A stretch of DNA of 64,000 nt, from the NCBI GenBank assembly GCA_964235655.1, contig CAXSBB010000015.1:21348-85347 (forward strand), in the 5' to 3' direction. Positions 39,266-49,896 of this stretch are shown piece after piece (the first letter of the stretch is position 1; every line of letters begins with the position of its first letter). The DNA is from an uncultured Acidobacteriaceae bacterium. GTDB lineage: Bacteria > Acidobacteriota > Terriglobia > Terriglobales > Acidobacteriaceae. A program made the position numbers and the translations under genes. Below the pieces are notes generated by a model. The model was not told the DNA's origin. It was given only the letters and a program-made list of their open reading frames with translations, and searched no databases.

Positions 39266-40339
39266 TTATGTTCCCAGAAAGCGCGCATACAAGGCGCGTG
39301 CTCGGCTGATGTCCGTCGTGCCCTGGATCAGGGTTCGGCCATCGGCGAAAACAGTGAGTATATAGGGTGCATAGGTAAACCGCAGCAGAAGCTCATTCCA
39401 GCGTACCGCACCGAGAGGTTCCAATCGCTGCGCCAGTTCGGGAAAGTCCACCGCCCGGCTGTGCTCATGGATCTGCACAGAGTTACGCCCGCACAGGGTA
39501 ATGTGCGGCCTGCCTTCGCCGCGCAGGTGCGTGAACTCTCGCGCCGAACCGCATACCCGGCAATCAGGTCTGGGCAGGCGTGCGATCCCGAGTTCCGACC
39601 GCTCATTCGTCCATAGGTCGTATGACAGCAGGGTGCGGCGCATAGCCCCATGCACACCCACCAGGTATTTCATGGCTTCTGCTGCCTGCACGGACGCGGC
39701 AAAGTTTACCGCCATGCCAAGGATACCTGCCGTTTCACAAGTCTCAATGGGTCCGCTCGGCGGTTTGGGGAACACACAGGCCAGGCATGCGGTATGCCCG
39801 GGCAGGATGTTCATGGAGACGGCATAGGCACCCACGGCACCGGCATAGATCCAGGGTTTGCCGGTTGAAACAGCGTAGTCGTTCAGCAGGTACCGGGTTT
39901 CAAAGTTATCTGTTGCGTCCAGAACGAGCTCCGCGCTGTCAAGCAGGGCATGGATGTTCCCGGGAATCAGGTCCGCAATATGGGCTTCAACCATGATCTC
40001 GCTGTTGAAGCGGGCAATCTGCCGCCGGGCTGCTTCGGCTTTCGGCAGTCCATGCAGGGCGTCATATTCATCGAAGAGCACTTGCCGCTGCAAATTGCTG
40101 GGCTCGACAAAGTCGCGGTCAATCAGCGTAAGGCGGCCCACACCGGCGCGGGCCAGCAGGCTAGCCGTCGCGGCGCCGGTAGCTCCCACGCCGACAATGG
40201 CTACATGGGCCGCCCCCAAGCGGGCTTGGCCCACAGCGCCAATCGGTGCAAACAGGACCTGCCGGGAGTAGCGATCAGGAAATTGATCTGTAAACTTGGT
40301 ACCTTCGTCTGGATTTTCTGGTCCGCGACAGCCTTCCAT
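39266..40339 (-). CDS. ThiF/MoeB family adenylyltransferase
   Basis: RYSRQ, GVGATG, DRDFVEPSNLQRQ, CLAC, CRVC, LCGRN. Confidence 0.9.
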   Translation of the reverse strand: MEGCRGPENPDEGTKFTDQFPDRYSRQVLFAPIGAVGQARLGAAHVAIVGVGATGAATASLLARAGVGRLTLIDRDFVEPSNLQRQVLFDEYDALHGLPKAEAARRQIARFNSEIMVEAHIADLIPGNIHALLDSAELVLDATDNFETRYLLNDYAVSTGKPWIYAGAVGAYAVSMNILPGHTACLACVFPKPPSGPIETCETAGILGMAVNFAASVQAAEAMKYLVGVHGAMRRTLLSYDLWTNERSELGIARLPRPDCRVCGSAREFTHLRGEGRPHITLCGRNSVQIHEHSRAVDFPELAQRLEPLGAVRWNELLLRFTYAPYILTVFADGRTLIQGTTDISRARALYARFLGT

Positions 40340-40488
40340 GCGTCCTCATCATTAGTATAGGGAAGCAGGAATCGACTATGCACCCGGAAGCCTGGATCGC
40401 CCGTCCAAGCAAGACCAGGCTCAAGATGACCCAAACCCAAGGACCGCTGCCCTTTGCCGGGGAGCAGCCTGCGGGCAGAAGTGGACCC

Positions 40489-43400
40489 ATGAACTTCATG
40501 TTGCAATTCCGAAGCGGCTCACCGCTCTCTTCTCGCTCCATACGCCTCTTCCGCTTACGAGCGGTGCCGACACTCGGGCTTTTGCTGGGTGCGGTACCCC
40601 TTGTCCTGGCGCAGGGTTCCATCTCCCCCAGCGCTCAGTCCACGCAGCAGATTCCATCCGGCAGTGCCCCACCGGCCGGGCAGACGCTGCCCGATGCCAC
40701 CAAGCTGCCTTCCTACGATGAAAGCCACCCGCTGAACACCGCGCCGCCGCCCGGCGAGGGGAATGCCGGGACAGAGAACCTGCGCGCGTGGCAGGGCCTG
40801 CATGTCAGCAATATCGAATTTCGCGGTGTTCCCGTAAACCGGTTGCAGCCGCTCCAGGGCGAGCTTGCACTGCAGCTCGGCATGCCGCTGGACCCGGCAA
40901 AACTACGCAGCAGCCTCCGCCGGCTGTACGCTACCGGGCTTTACGGCACCATTGATGTGGCCGGTGTCCGCACAGGCGATGAGGTCACCATCATCTTCGA
41001 CGGCCAGCCGCAATTGTTCATCGGACGAGTGAACGTAAATGGCGTCAATGATGAAAACCTGACCAGCTTGCTCCAGGGCGCTTCCAAGCTAAGCCCAGGC
41101 ACTTCCTACAGCCAAGCCAAGTTCGATCGCGGTAAGAAGCTGATCGAGAACCTGCTGACTACGAACGGCTACTACCAGGGGCAGGTAACCGAAGGCAGCT
41201 CGGTCGATACAACCAATCAGCAGATCAACCTTGAATACATTGTGACCCCGGGCAGGCAGGCGCGGGTAGGCGCACTGCGGCTTACCGGCGACAGCGGCTT
41301 GAATGACAAAAGCCTGCGCAAGATTACGAAGCTCAAGCTAAATTCGCGCGTGACCCGCGATACGGTGAACTCCGTGCTGGACAAGCTGCGCGCTAACTAC
41401 CAGAAGCAGGAGCTGCTTGAAGCCAAGGTTAAGCTGGACAACAAAGAGTACGAGCAGCCTACCAATCACTTGAACTACACCTTCAACATCAACAAGGGCA
41501 ACAAGGTCATTGTGGTGGTAAACGGTTTGAAGGTGAGCAAGGGCAGCATCCGTAACCTGGTGCCGGTGTACCAGGAAGGCGCCGTGGATGAAGACCTTCT
41601 CAATGAAGGGAACCGGCGCATCCGCGATCTATATCAACGGCAGGGCTACTTCGACATCCAGGTTTCGCATACCGTTGCGCCGCAGTCGAACGGGCAAACC
41701 CTGATTACGTACAACGTGATTCCCGGCAATCTCCACGACGTCGATAGTGTCACCATAACCGGTAACAAGTACTTCGAGACAGCCCTGTTTGAGCCTCGGC
41801 TCAGCGTGCACCCGGCAAGCTTTTTTGAGCGCCGCGGTATTTACAGCCAGGCCCTGGTGGCAAGCGATGTCACCACGATCACTGCGCTCTATGAGGGCAG
41901 CGGTTTTTCGCATGTCGAGGTTAAGCCGGTGGTCAAGGACGAAGACGTAGACAAGCAGGGCCGTCCTTCTAAAATCTCCCACATCAATGTGACGTATGTA
42001 ATTACTGAGAACGCGCAGCAGCGGTTCGGCTCTTACAAGCTGGTAGGCAATGTAGCAGTACCTACCGGCACGCTGCTGCCGTTGCTCAACACGCAGGTAG
42101 GCCAGCCGTACTCCTCCACCAGCTTGACCGGCGACCGCGATGCGGTCCTGACCTGGTACCTGGGCCATGGCTACGACCAGGCAGCTGCTAACCTGAAGCA
42201 GGCCCCGGACCCGCATGACCCTAACCTGATCGATGTAACGCTTGAGGTGACCGAAGGGGAGCAGATCCATGTAGGAAACGTGCTGATCAGCGGTCTGAGC
42301 AACACGCGCCGCAGCACCGTCGACTCGCACATCCTGGTGCATCCGGGCGATGTGCTGAACCAGACTGCGCTGATCGACACGCAGCGACAACTGTATGACC
42401 TGACCTTGTTCAACGGCGTGAACACTGCTGTACAGAATCCCAGCGGCGACCAGCTGCGCAAGGACGTGCTGCTGCAGTTTACCGAGGCTAAACGCTGGGA
42501 TGTGACCTACGGCATCGGCTTCCAGGTGCAAACCGGCACGCCCAACAATACCAACGTGCTCCAGAACATCCAGCAAGGCCTGCCTGCTTACACCAGTCCC
42601 AATGGCAATTTCGGAGCCAGTGAGCTGCTTTCGCTCAATGTATCGCGCATTAATCTGCGCGGCACCGATAACAGTGTCTCGTTGCAATTGAAGTACGGCT
42701 CCCTTGAGCAGGTGGAGCTACTCTCATTTGCTGATCCACACCCTTTCGGCAAGAAAACACTCACCTTGTCTATCGATGGCGGTTACACAAACGAGAGTGA
42801 TGTCAGTACATACAGAGCCTCACGGCTGGTAGGAAATTTGCGGCTTGTCCAGCGTGTGGGCAAGCCGACAACCTGGATTTATCAGTATCAGTTCCGCCGC
42901 ATCAATGTGAATCCCAACTCCTTGCAAGTCGCACCGGAAGAAGTTCCTCTGCTCTCGCAGCCGGTTACAGTGGGCGGTCCGGGCGTTACTTACATCCGCG
43001 ACACACGGCGTCCTTCATCTCTTAACGCATCAGGCGGCACGTACAACACCGTGCAGGAGTTCTTTTCAGAAGGCAAATTCGGGTCACAGTCCAACTTCAA
43101 CCGATTCGACGCTACCAATGCGACATATTACCCATTCGGCAATGTGCACAGGTATGTCTTCGCGCGGCAGACACGCTACGCTTTCGAGCGTTCCTTCGGC
43201 ACCGGCCTTACCGAGCTGATCCCACTGCCGGAAAGGCTGTACGCGGGTGGCGCGGAGTCGCATCGCGGCTTCGGCATCAATGCAGCCGGACCGCGTGACT
43301 CTGTCACCGGCTTTCCTATTGGGGGTGCGGCGGCATTCGTCAACAATTTTGAGCTGCGCCTGCCGCCGCCGGTCTTGCCGTATGTCGGCAGCAGCGTCAG

Positions 43401-43785
43401 TTTTGTTCTGTTTCATGACATGGGCAATGTATTTGTAAGAAACAGCGACATCGCGCCCAGCTTCCTGCGCTTTCGCCAGCCCAACCGTGCGGGCTGCCGC
43501 GACCTGAACCTGGCCGACCAGCAAGCGCCATCCCCGGAACCGAACAGCATCGGCCTGACCGGACAATGCTCTAATAACTACTTCTCGCATGCACTCGGTC
43601 TAGGTGCGCGCTACGGTACCCCGGTCGGACCGATTCGAGTGGACGCCAGCTATAACCTGAACCCGCCGATCTACCCGCAAATTCAGAGCTTCAATTTGAC
43701 GAACAGCGGCTCGGCACCCCCGCCGCCGATTGTAGGCCAAGCCAATCACTTCAACTTCTTTTTCAGCATCGGACAGGCATTCTGA
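40489..43785 (+). CDS. Omp85/BamA-TamA family outer-membrane protein with multiple POTRA domains
   Basis: Signal peptide, repeated POTRA-like units (LYATGLY, NGYY, QGYF, GSGF, GHGY), YAGGAESHRGF, GLGARYGTPVGPIRVD, C-terminal beta-signal FSIGQAF. Start uncertain (40378-40498). Confidence 0.9.
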   Translation: MNFMLQFRSGSPLSSRSIRLFRLRAVPTLGLLLGAVPLVLAQGSISPSAQSTQQIPSGSAPPAGQTLPDATKLPSYDESHPLNTAPPPGEGNAGTENLRAWQGLHVSNIEFRGVPVNRLQPLQGELALQLGMPLDPAKLRSSLRRLYATGLYGTIDVAGVRTGDEVTIIFDGQPQLFIGRVNVNGVNDENLTSLLQGASKLSPGTSYSQAKFDRGKKLIENLLTTNGYYQGQVTEGSSVDTTNQQINLEYIVTPGRQARVGALRLTGDSGLNDKSLRKITKLKLNSRVTRDTVNSVLDKLRANYQKQELLEAKVKLDNKEYEQPTNHLNYTFNINKGNKVIVVVNGLKVSKGSIRNLVPVYQEGAVDEDLLNEGNRRIRDLYQRQGYFDIQVSHTVAPQSNGQTLITYNVIPGNLHDVDSVTITGNKYFETALFEPRLSVHPASFFERRGIYSQALVASDVTTITALYEGSGFSHVEVKPVVKDEDVDKQGRPSKISHINVTYVITENAQQRFGSYKLVGNVAVPTGTLLPLLNTQVGQPYSSTSLTGDRDAVLTWYLGHGYDQAAANLKQAPDPHDPNLIDVTLEVTEGEQIHVGNVLISGLSNTRRSTVDSHILVHPGDVLNQTALIDTQRQLYDLTLFNGVNTAVQNPSGDQLRKDVLLQFTEAKRWDVTYGIGFQVQTGTPNNTNVLQNIQQGLPAYTSPNGNFGASELLSLNVSRINLRGTDNSVSLQLKYGSLEQVELLSFADPHPFGKKTLTLSIDGGYTNESDVSTYRASRLVGNLRLVQRVGKPTTWIYQYQFRRINVNPNSLQVAPEEVPLLSQPVTVGGPGVTYIRDTRRPSSLNASGGTYNTVQEFFSEGKFGSQSNFNRFDATNATYYPFGNVHRYVFARQTRYAFERSFGTGLTELIPLPERLYAGGAESHRGFGINAAGPRDSVTGFPIGGAAAFVNNFELRLPPPVLPYVGSSVSFVLFHDMGNVFVRNSDIAPSFLRFRQPNRAGCRDLNLADQQAPSPEPNSIGLTGQCSNNYFSHALGLGARYGTPVGPIRVDASYNLNPPIYPQIQSFNLTNSGSAPPPPIVGQANHFNFFFSIGQAF

Positions 43786-44627
43786 TGCGGACCTTACTTA
43801 TTTCTCTTTTCGGGTTGCTGCTCGGAGTATCCGCGCAGGCGCAGAACGCCGCACCGGTACAGCAAGAGACGCAAACCCACGTCACTCCGGGTCAGAAAGC
43901 CGCTGCCTCCGGCCAGGCACAGCAGGCTGCAACCACGCAAAGTCCCGGCGCCGGGGCACCTCAGGGCCAGCCTATCGTGCTCGATAGCGTGGTCGCCATC
44001 ATCAATGGGGATGTTCTTCTTCAAAGCGACGTCGAGCAGGAAAAACGCTTTGAGTCGCTGCAACTACTGTCAACTACCGAGAACACGGATGTCCGGGCAG
44101 CGGAGCATCTGATTACGCGCACGCTGATCCTGCAGCAGATGAAAGCGCAAAACCAGGCTCCGCCCAGCATCACAGCTGCCGACACGGATAAGTTCATAGC
44201 CGAGCTCAAAAAGCAGCTGCCCGGCTGCGTAGCGGCCCATTGCCAGACCGATGCCGGTTGGACAAGCTACCTGAAAGAACGCGCCATGACTCCCTCAGAC
44301 GTTGCGATGCGCTGGCGGCAGCGGCTCGTCATCCTCGACTACCTCAATCAGCGCTTCCGTACCGGCGTTCGCATCCCGACCGACCAGGTGCAGGCCTACT
44401 ACGACAAAACATTGGTACCGCAGTTTGCCGCCAAGCATGAGAAGCCGCCGGCGGTAAAAGCCCTGCGACCGCGGATTGAGGAAATTCTGCTTCAGGAACA
44501 GGTAACCAAGCAGATCGACGACTGGGAAGCAACACTGCGACAGGAAGGCAGTGTACAGATTCTGGTGCCTACGTACGGAAAAAGTAGCGGCAACGAGGAA
44601 AGCAACGCACCGGGAGGCGGCGCATGA
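43785..44627 (+). CDS. SurA N-terminal-domain-like periplasmic chaperone
   Basis: Signal peptide, LDSVVAIINGDVLLQSDV, QVQAYY. No obvious parvulin domain. Confidence 0.72.
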   Translation: MRTLLISLFGLLLGVSAQAQNAAPVQQETQTHVTPGQKAAASGQAQQAATTQSPGAGAPQGQPIVLDSVVAIINGDVLLQSDVEQEKRFESLQLLSTTENTDVRAAEHLITRTLILQQMKAQNQAPPSITAADTDKFIAELKKQLPGCVAAHCQTDAGWTSYLKERAMTPSDVAMRWRQRLVILDYLNQRFRTGVRIPTDQVQAYYDKTLVPQFAAKHEKPPAVKALRPRIEEILLQEQVTKQIDDWEATLRQEGSVQILVPTYGKSSGNEESNAPGGGA

Positions 44628-47600
44628 GCACAACCCCAAGCTCGTTTTTAGGCCGTCGCACGGGCGGGCAGCTGTCAGGCAGTGATAGACCGGATGAGCC
44701 GCAGCGCAAACGCCACCTCGTGCTTCGCATTCTTCTGATTGCAATTGTTATTTTGGCGCTACTGGTGGCCGGGATCAGCTGGTATGCCTCAACACCGCAG
44801 TTCGCCAACAAGGTGCGCGCGGAGCTGATCCAGGTGCTGGGTGACTCGACCGGCGGTCGTGTGGAGCTGGGTGCGTTCCGCTGGCGACTGCTGCACCTCC
44901 AGTTTGAAGCCGACAACCTCACCATCCACGGACTGGAAGGGCCGGGGGAGGTGCCTTACGCGCATGTGGACCGGCTGCGGGTGCAGGTCAAGATCATCTC
45001 GTTCTTCCATGCCAAAGTCGGTCTCAATTATCTGGGCATGGACAAGCCGGTTGTACATTTGATTGTTTACAAGGATGGCTCTACCAACCAACCTGTACCG
45101 AAGAAGAAAAGCGCGCCTACCGACCTAAACAAAACCATCAACCAGGTGTTTGACCTGGCTGTAGACCGAGCGGAGATCAACGACGGTACGGCACTGGTAA
45201 ACCAGCAGGCTATCCCGTTCTCGCTTGCCGCCAACGACCTTGAAGTCGGCATCAACTACCTGCCGGCAACAGACCAGTACAAGGCGTCAGTCTCTATCGC
45301 TGACCTGACCGCGCGTCGCGCCATCGCGGCCCCCATCCACTCTCACCTGAGCGTGTCGGCCATCATGGGTCGGCACAACCTGAGCATACCGGACCTGCAG
45401 TTCACCGCGGGCAGCTCTACGCTAGCCGCACATGCCGATGTGAGCAACTTTGCCGACCCGCACTGGCAGCTTGCGGCCAAGGGTACGGTAGACCTGCGTG
45501 AAGCTGGAGCCATAGCTGCTATCCCGGGACTCAATAGCGGCGTGGCCTCGCTGGATTTGCATGGACAAGGAACCAAGGCGCTGTTCACGGTGGATGGCGA
45601 AACGCGCATCGCGGATGCTGCCTACAAAAGCTCGGGTGTCAATCTCAACGGCTTAAATGCGGCTACCCAAATACATCTGGACCAGGACCTGCTCGCGCTC
45701 AAGGGCCTGCACGCGACGCTTGCCGGCGGCGGCCTTGTGACAGGCGACGCCCGTATCGATCACTGGCTTGCCCCTGCACCGCCCCCGGCAAGCGCGCCGA
45801 GTGTTCAGCCCGGCGCAAAGACTGCTGCTGTAGCCCAGGTAGCGCGTGGGGCGAACCGGACCATTGCCGATGCAACTAGCAATCCTGCCGTTCCCACAGG
45901 CGCGGTCAACCTCAAGCTGCAAGGATTTACGCTGCCTTCAATCCTTGCCATTGTGGCCCCGCCCAAGCTCCAGCACCTGGGCTTCTTCACCACAGCCGGT
46001 GGTACCGTGGAGCTCAACTGGATCGGCAATATTTCAGACCTCGCTGCCGATGCACATATCACTCTGAACGCGCCCCCAACTCTGCCGAACGGCGATATAC
46101 CGGTGAACGGCCTTGTTGACGTGCACTACGCAGGCCGCACCGACAGCCTGCTGGTGCGGCAGCTGAACGCCCACACGCCCGGCACGCAGCTCACCGTTAC
46201 CGGCGGAGTCGGCTTGGCGGCGGGTGCGCGCTCATCTCTACAGACGCAGCTCACAGTCTCAAACCTGGGTGAGTTCAACAAGGCGCTCGCAACCTTCGGG
46301 GTCGGCGGCAAAAGCGGCTCGGCACTGCCCGTTGCGCTGCACGGTCAGGCCAGCTTCAACGGCACTGTAACCGGCTCGCTCGCCGCGCCGGACGTAACCG
46401 GCCATCTGGCAGTCAACAATTTTGATCTACTGCTGAACAACGCACCCGCCGCGGCAACGGTTGCCAATGCGGCGAACCTGCCCACCGGGCCTGACGGCAA
46501 GCCTGTACCGGTACCGGTTGCTACCAGTGTGCAGCCCTCCGTACCCACGGCCTTCCATATCGATTCGCTTGCAGCCGATGCCGAGTACTCGCCTGCGTTG
46601 ATCTCCGTACAAAGTGCCCTCATTACGCGCGGCAACACGCAGGTGCATGCCTCGGGCCAGCTGCACGCGCACCGCACGCGCCGCAAGGGCTACGCCTATG
46701 ACAAGGACGCCCTTATCAACGCGACAGCTGGCATCAACAACGCGGGTATTCCGGACTTACTCGCGCTTGCAGGCCAGTCGGCGGTTCCTGTCACGGGCAC
46801 CCTCAATGTAAATGCAACCGTAGGCGGCACATTGGGCAGCCTGAACGGCGGCGGGCATCTCGCTGTCACAGGAGGACAGGTGTATGGCGAGCCGTACAAA
46901 AGCCTCAATGCTGACCTGACGTTTACGGGGCAAGATGTAGGTGCTTCCCAGTTCACCTTTCTCATCGGCGGCGGACAAATCACTGGCGACGGCGGGTACA
47001 ACCTCACCGGCAAGCGCTTCCATTTCAAAACGCAGGCCGCCGGGCTTGACCTCGACGCCTTCCAGTCGCTTAAAAAATCGCCGCTGATTATTCATGGACA
47101 GCTCGCGCTGAACGCAACCGGCTCAGGCACGGCACAAGCGCCGAACGTGCAGGCCGCAATCCATCTCACCAATCTTGCTATCGCCAATCCTGCGGGCGGG
47201 CCTGCCTCCACCGGGGAAGTGGACCTGACAGCCCACACACAGAACGGCTCGGCAATCGCCGACCTGAACGCGCACCTTAACGGTGCACTTGCTACCCTGC
47301 ACGCGCAAACTGCCCTCAGCGGCGAGTATGTGACGCAGGCCAAACTCACTCTATCGAACCTCGACATCAACCCGTACTTGCAACTGTTCAATGTGGCCGG
47401 TGTTAAAGGCGACACCATCCTGACCGGCACCGTGACCGTGAATGGCCCGGCTGCCAAGCCGAAGCTGTTGAACGGCGACGCCGAGCTTTCGCGCATCGCG
47501 GTCACTGCGCAGGGGATTCTAATTGGAACCGAAGGCGGTTTGCGCGCGTCCCTGCATGACGGTATCGCGGAGCTGCAGCCGCTTCACGTCACCGGCGGCG

Positions 47601-48922
47601 GCACGGATCTCCATGTAGGAGGCCGGGCGCAACTGTTCGGCACCAATCGGCTGCTTGATGCCAAGGCTGACGGCAGCCTGAACCTGGCAGTCGCCCACAC
47701 GCTGGTGCCTGCCATCGACAGTACCGGCAACATTACGTTTAACTTCACAGCCGCCAATACGCTTGAAAAGCCGGACCTCGAAGGCTCGGCAGACTTCCAT
47801 GAAGTTAACCTTGCCTACGGTGACTTTCCGAACGGCGTCAACCATCTGAACGGATCACTAGCGTTTGACCAGGGCAGACTATCCGTCAAAAACCTTCACG
47901 CGACCAGTGGAGGCGGCGACATCGTATTCGGCGGTTTCGTTACGTATCAGGCCGGCATTTATGCGGATTTGTCTGTGACTGCCAAGCAGGTTCGCGTACG
48001 TTACCCAGCCGGTATCAGCACTGTATTTGACAGCAAATTGCACCTGCAGGGTACCGCCGAGAGCATCCTGGTCAGCGGGGGGGTGCTGGTTACCCGCTTT
48101 GCTATCAACCCTGGACTTGATGCCTCAAGTCTGTCTTCAAACGGCATCTCACCGCCGCCAGATCCGACAGCTTTCGGCAACAAAATCAGGCTTGACGTAC
48201 ACGTCACTTCGGCCCCGCAACTGGACATCAACAACAGCTATGCCAAGGTGGCCGGCGACATCGACCTGTTTGTGCGCGGCACAACAGCGGAACCCTCTGT
48301 ACTTGGGCACGTCTCCATCACCGAGGGTGAGGCGACCTTCGCAGGCACGCACTATGTGCTGCAGCATGGCGACATCTATTTTACGAACCCGATCAAAATC
48401 GACCCGACCATCGACCTTGAAGCCAGCGCGCATGTGGAGGATTATGACGTCATCATTGGCCTGCACGGCACTCCGGCCAAGCTGCAACCGACCTTCCGGT
48501 CGGAGCCGCCGCTTTCCGAGCAGGATATTTTCTCGCTGCTTGCGCTTGGGCGCACGCAGGAGGAGCAGGCAATCTACTCTGAGCAGCAAACTCAGGCCGG
48601 TGTGAACTCGACAGCTGACTCCATCCTGGGTGGCGCGTTAAACGCTACCGTATCGAGTCGTATCAACAAGCTATTCGGTGGCGGCAACGTCAAAATCGAT
48701 CCAACTTTTGTAAGCGGAACCGGCAACTCTACCGCACGTATTACTGTGCAACAACAAATCTCAAAGAATGGAACCGTTCAATATGCAACCAATGTCAATT
48801 CAACGGCACAGCAGTTGATCCAGGGACAATATAACTTGACACCGAATGTATCCATTGTTGGATTGCGCGATGAATCGGGCGTGTTCAGCTTACAGTTGAA
48901 GCTGCATCAGCGATATCGCTAA
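44624..48922 (+). CDS. tamB: TamB/AsmA-like bridge protein
   Basis: N-terminal TM anchor, long beta-taco repeats, C-terminal DUF490-like region (FTNPIKIDP, RSEPPLSEQDIFSLLALG). Confidence 0.85.
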   Translation: MSTTPSSFLGRRTGGQLSGSDRPDEPQRKRHLVLRILLIAIVILALLVAGISWYASTPQFANKVRAELIQVLGDSTGGRVELGAFRWRLLHLQFEADNLTIHGLEGPGEVPYAHVDRLRVQVKIISFFHAKVGLNYLGMDKPVVHLIVYKDGSTNQPVPKKKSAPTDLNKTINQVFDLAVDRAEINDGTALVNQQAIPFSLAANDLEVGINYLPATDQYKASVSIADLTARRAIAAPIHSHLSVSAIMGRHNLSIPDLQFTAGSSTLAAHADVSNFADPHWQLAAKGTVDLREAGAIAAIPGLNSGVASLDLHGQGTKALFTVDGETRIADAAYKSSGVNLNGLNAATQIHLDQDLLALKGLHATLAGGGLVTGDARIDHWLAPAPPPASAPSVQPGAKTAAVAQVARGANRTIADATSNPAVPTGAVNLKLQGFTLPSILAIVAPPKLQHLGFFTTAGGTVELNWIGNISDLAADAHITLNAPPTLPNGDIPVNGLVDVHYAGRTDSLLVRQLNAHTPGTQLTVTGGVGLAAGARSSLQTQLTVSNLGEFNKALATFGVGGKSGSALPVALHGQASFNGTVTGSLAAPDVTGHLAVNNFDLLLNNAPAAATVANAANLPTGPDGKPVPVPVATSVQPSVPTAFHIDSLAADAEYSPALISVQSALITRGNTQVHASGQLHAHRTRRKGYAYDKDALINATAGINNAGIPDLLALAGQSAVPVTGTLNVNATVGGTLGSLNGGGHLAVTGGQVYGEPYKSLNADLTFTGQDVGASQFTFLIGGGQITGDGGYNLTGKRFHFKTQAAGLDLDAFQSLKKSPLIIHGQLALNATGSGTAQAPNVQAAIHLTNLAIANPAGGPASTGEVDLTAHTQNGSAIADLNAHLNGALATLHAQTALSGEYVTQAKLTLSNLDINPYLQLFNVAGVKGDTILTGTVTVNGPAAKPKLLNGDAELSRIAVTAQGILIGTEGGLRASLHDGIAELQPLHVTGGGTDLHVGGRAQLFGTNRLLDAKADGSLNLAVAHTLVPAIDSTGNITFNFTAANTLEKPDLEGSADFHEVNLAYGDFPNGVNHLNGSLAFDQGRLSVKNLHATSGGGDIVFGGFVTYQAGIYADLSVTAKQVRVRYPAGISTVFDSKLHLQGTAESILVSGGVLVTRFAINPGLDASSLSSNGISPPPDPTAFGNKIRLDVHVTSAPQLDINNSYAKVAGDIDLFVRGTTAEPSVLGHVSITEGEATFAGTHYVLQHGDIYFTNPIKIDPTIDLEASAHVEDYDVIIGLHGTPAKLQPTFRSEPPLSEQDIFSLLALGRTQEEQAIYSEQQTQAGVNSTADSILGGALNATVSSRINKLFGGGNVKIDPTFVSGTGNSTARITVQQQISKNGTVQYATNVNSTAQQLIQGQYNLTPNVSIVGLRDESGVFSLQLKLHQRYR

Positions 48923-49010
48923 CCGCTGTTTGCGGTCGAACATCTTTCCACGCGAGTCCGTGTTCCTATGCAATGGGGAGTGGCAAGCTGCTCCCGCAAG
49001 GAGAACGGGC

Positions 49011-49769
49011 ATGCGGACACTATTGAATGTAGCGACTTTGCTGCTGGTGTTAGGAGCAGGTGCAAGCTCCTCCATCAGCGTGGCGCAGGGAGATTCGTCG
49101 GCAGAGCAGGCTGCGCTGACCAAGGCGCTCAATAAAAAGCAGCTGAGCGGCGTACAGGGTACAGTCCAGGGTAACGTGGCTGTGCTGAAGGGCTCGGTTG
49201 ATGTTTTCGATGCAAAGGAAGAAGCAGGGAAGCGTGCGCGCCGTGTCAAGGGTATCAAGTCCGTCGACAATGAAATTGAGGTAGCCGGTCCGCAGGTACC
49301 CGATGCGGAATTGCAGCAGAAACTGCTGAAAGCCATTGAGTATGATCGTGTCGGGTATGGCACCACGGCTTTTAATGCAATTTCTGTGAATGTACAAAAT
49401 GGCGATGTCACTCTGGGCGGCCATGCTTACGGGCCGGTCGATGCAGATTCCGCTGTGGCTGTAGCCAGCAATACAAAAGGCGTACGTGACGTCGTCAACG
49501 ATATCCAGGTAGATCCAACCTCGCCGTTCGACGATCGCATTCGCCTGCAGGCTTTCCGGACTATTTACGGTTTTCCGAGCTTGAACAAGTATGCCGTTGA
49601 CCCCGGCAAGCCGATCCGCATCTCCGTTGTGAACGGCAATCTGACCCTGTACGGTGTTGTCGATACGCAGTCCGATAAAGATGTGGCGGCCCTGCGTGCA
49701 AACTCTGTTCCGGGCGTCTTCAAGGTAGTCAATAATCTACAGGTAGCCGGCAAGTCCGAAGGAAAATAG
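49011..49769 (+). CDS. BON-domain periplasmic protein
   Basis: Signal peptide and three BON-like repeats ending GIKSVDNEI, GVRDVVNDI, GVFKVVNNL. Confidence 0.85.
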   Translation: MRTLLNVATLLLVLGAGASSSISVAQGDSSAEQAALTKALNKKQLSGVQGTVQGNVAVLKGSVDVFDAKEEAGKRARRVKGIKSVDNEIEVAGPQVPDAELQQKLLKAIEYDRVGYGTTAFNAISVNVQNGDVTLGGHAYGPVDADSAVAVASNTKGVRDVVNDIQVDPTSPFDDRIRLQAFRTIYGFPSLNKYAVDPGKPIRISVVNGNLTLYGVVDTQSDKDVAALRANSVPGVFKVVNNLQVAGKSEGK

Positions 49770-49896
49770 AGTAATAGTAAAGCCGCTCTCTTACTGCAAC
49801 ATAGGGTCAATAAGTTCAGGCATGGTTTTCCATCCAAACGCTATGCCGTGAAATGGAAAGCATATACCTATGGAAAAGCGGCTTTAGACTAGAGGT

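Noticed and set aside
41629-42687. 352-aa antisense ORF within the Omp85 gene, and many similar shadow ORFs
   Set aside because: Fully overlaps a well-supported gene, has no motifs, and is expected from GC-rich codon bias.
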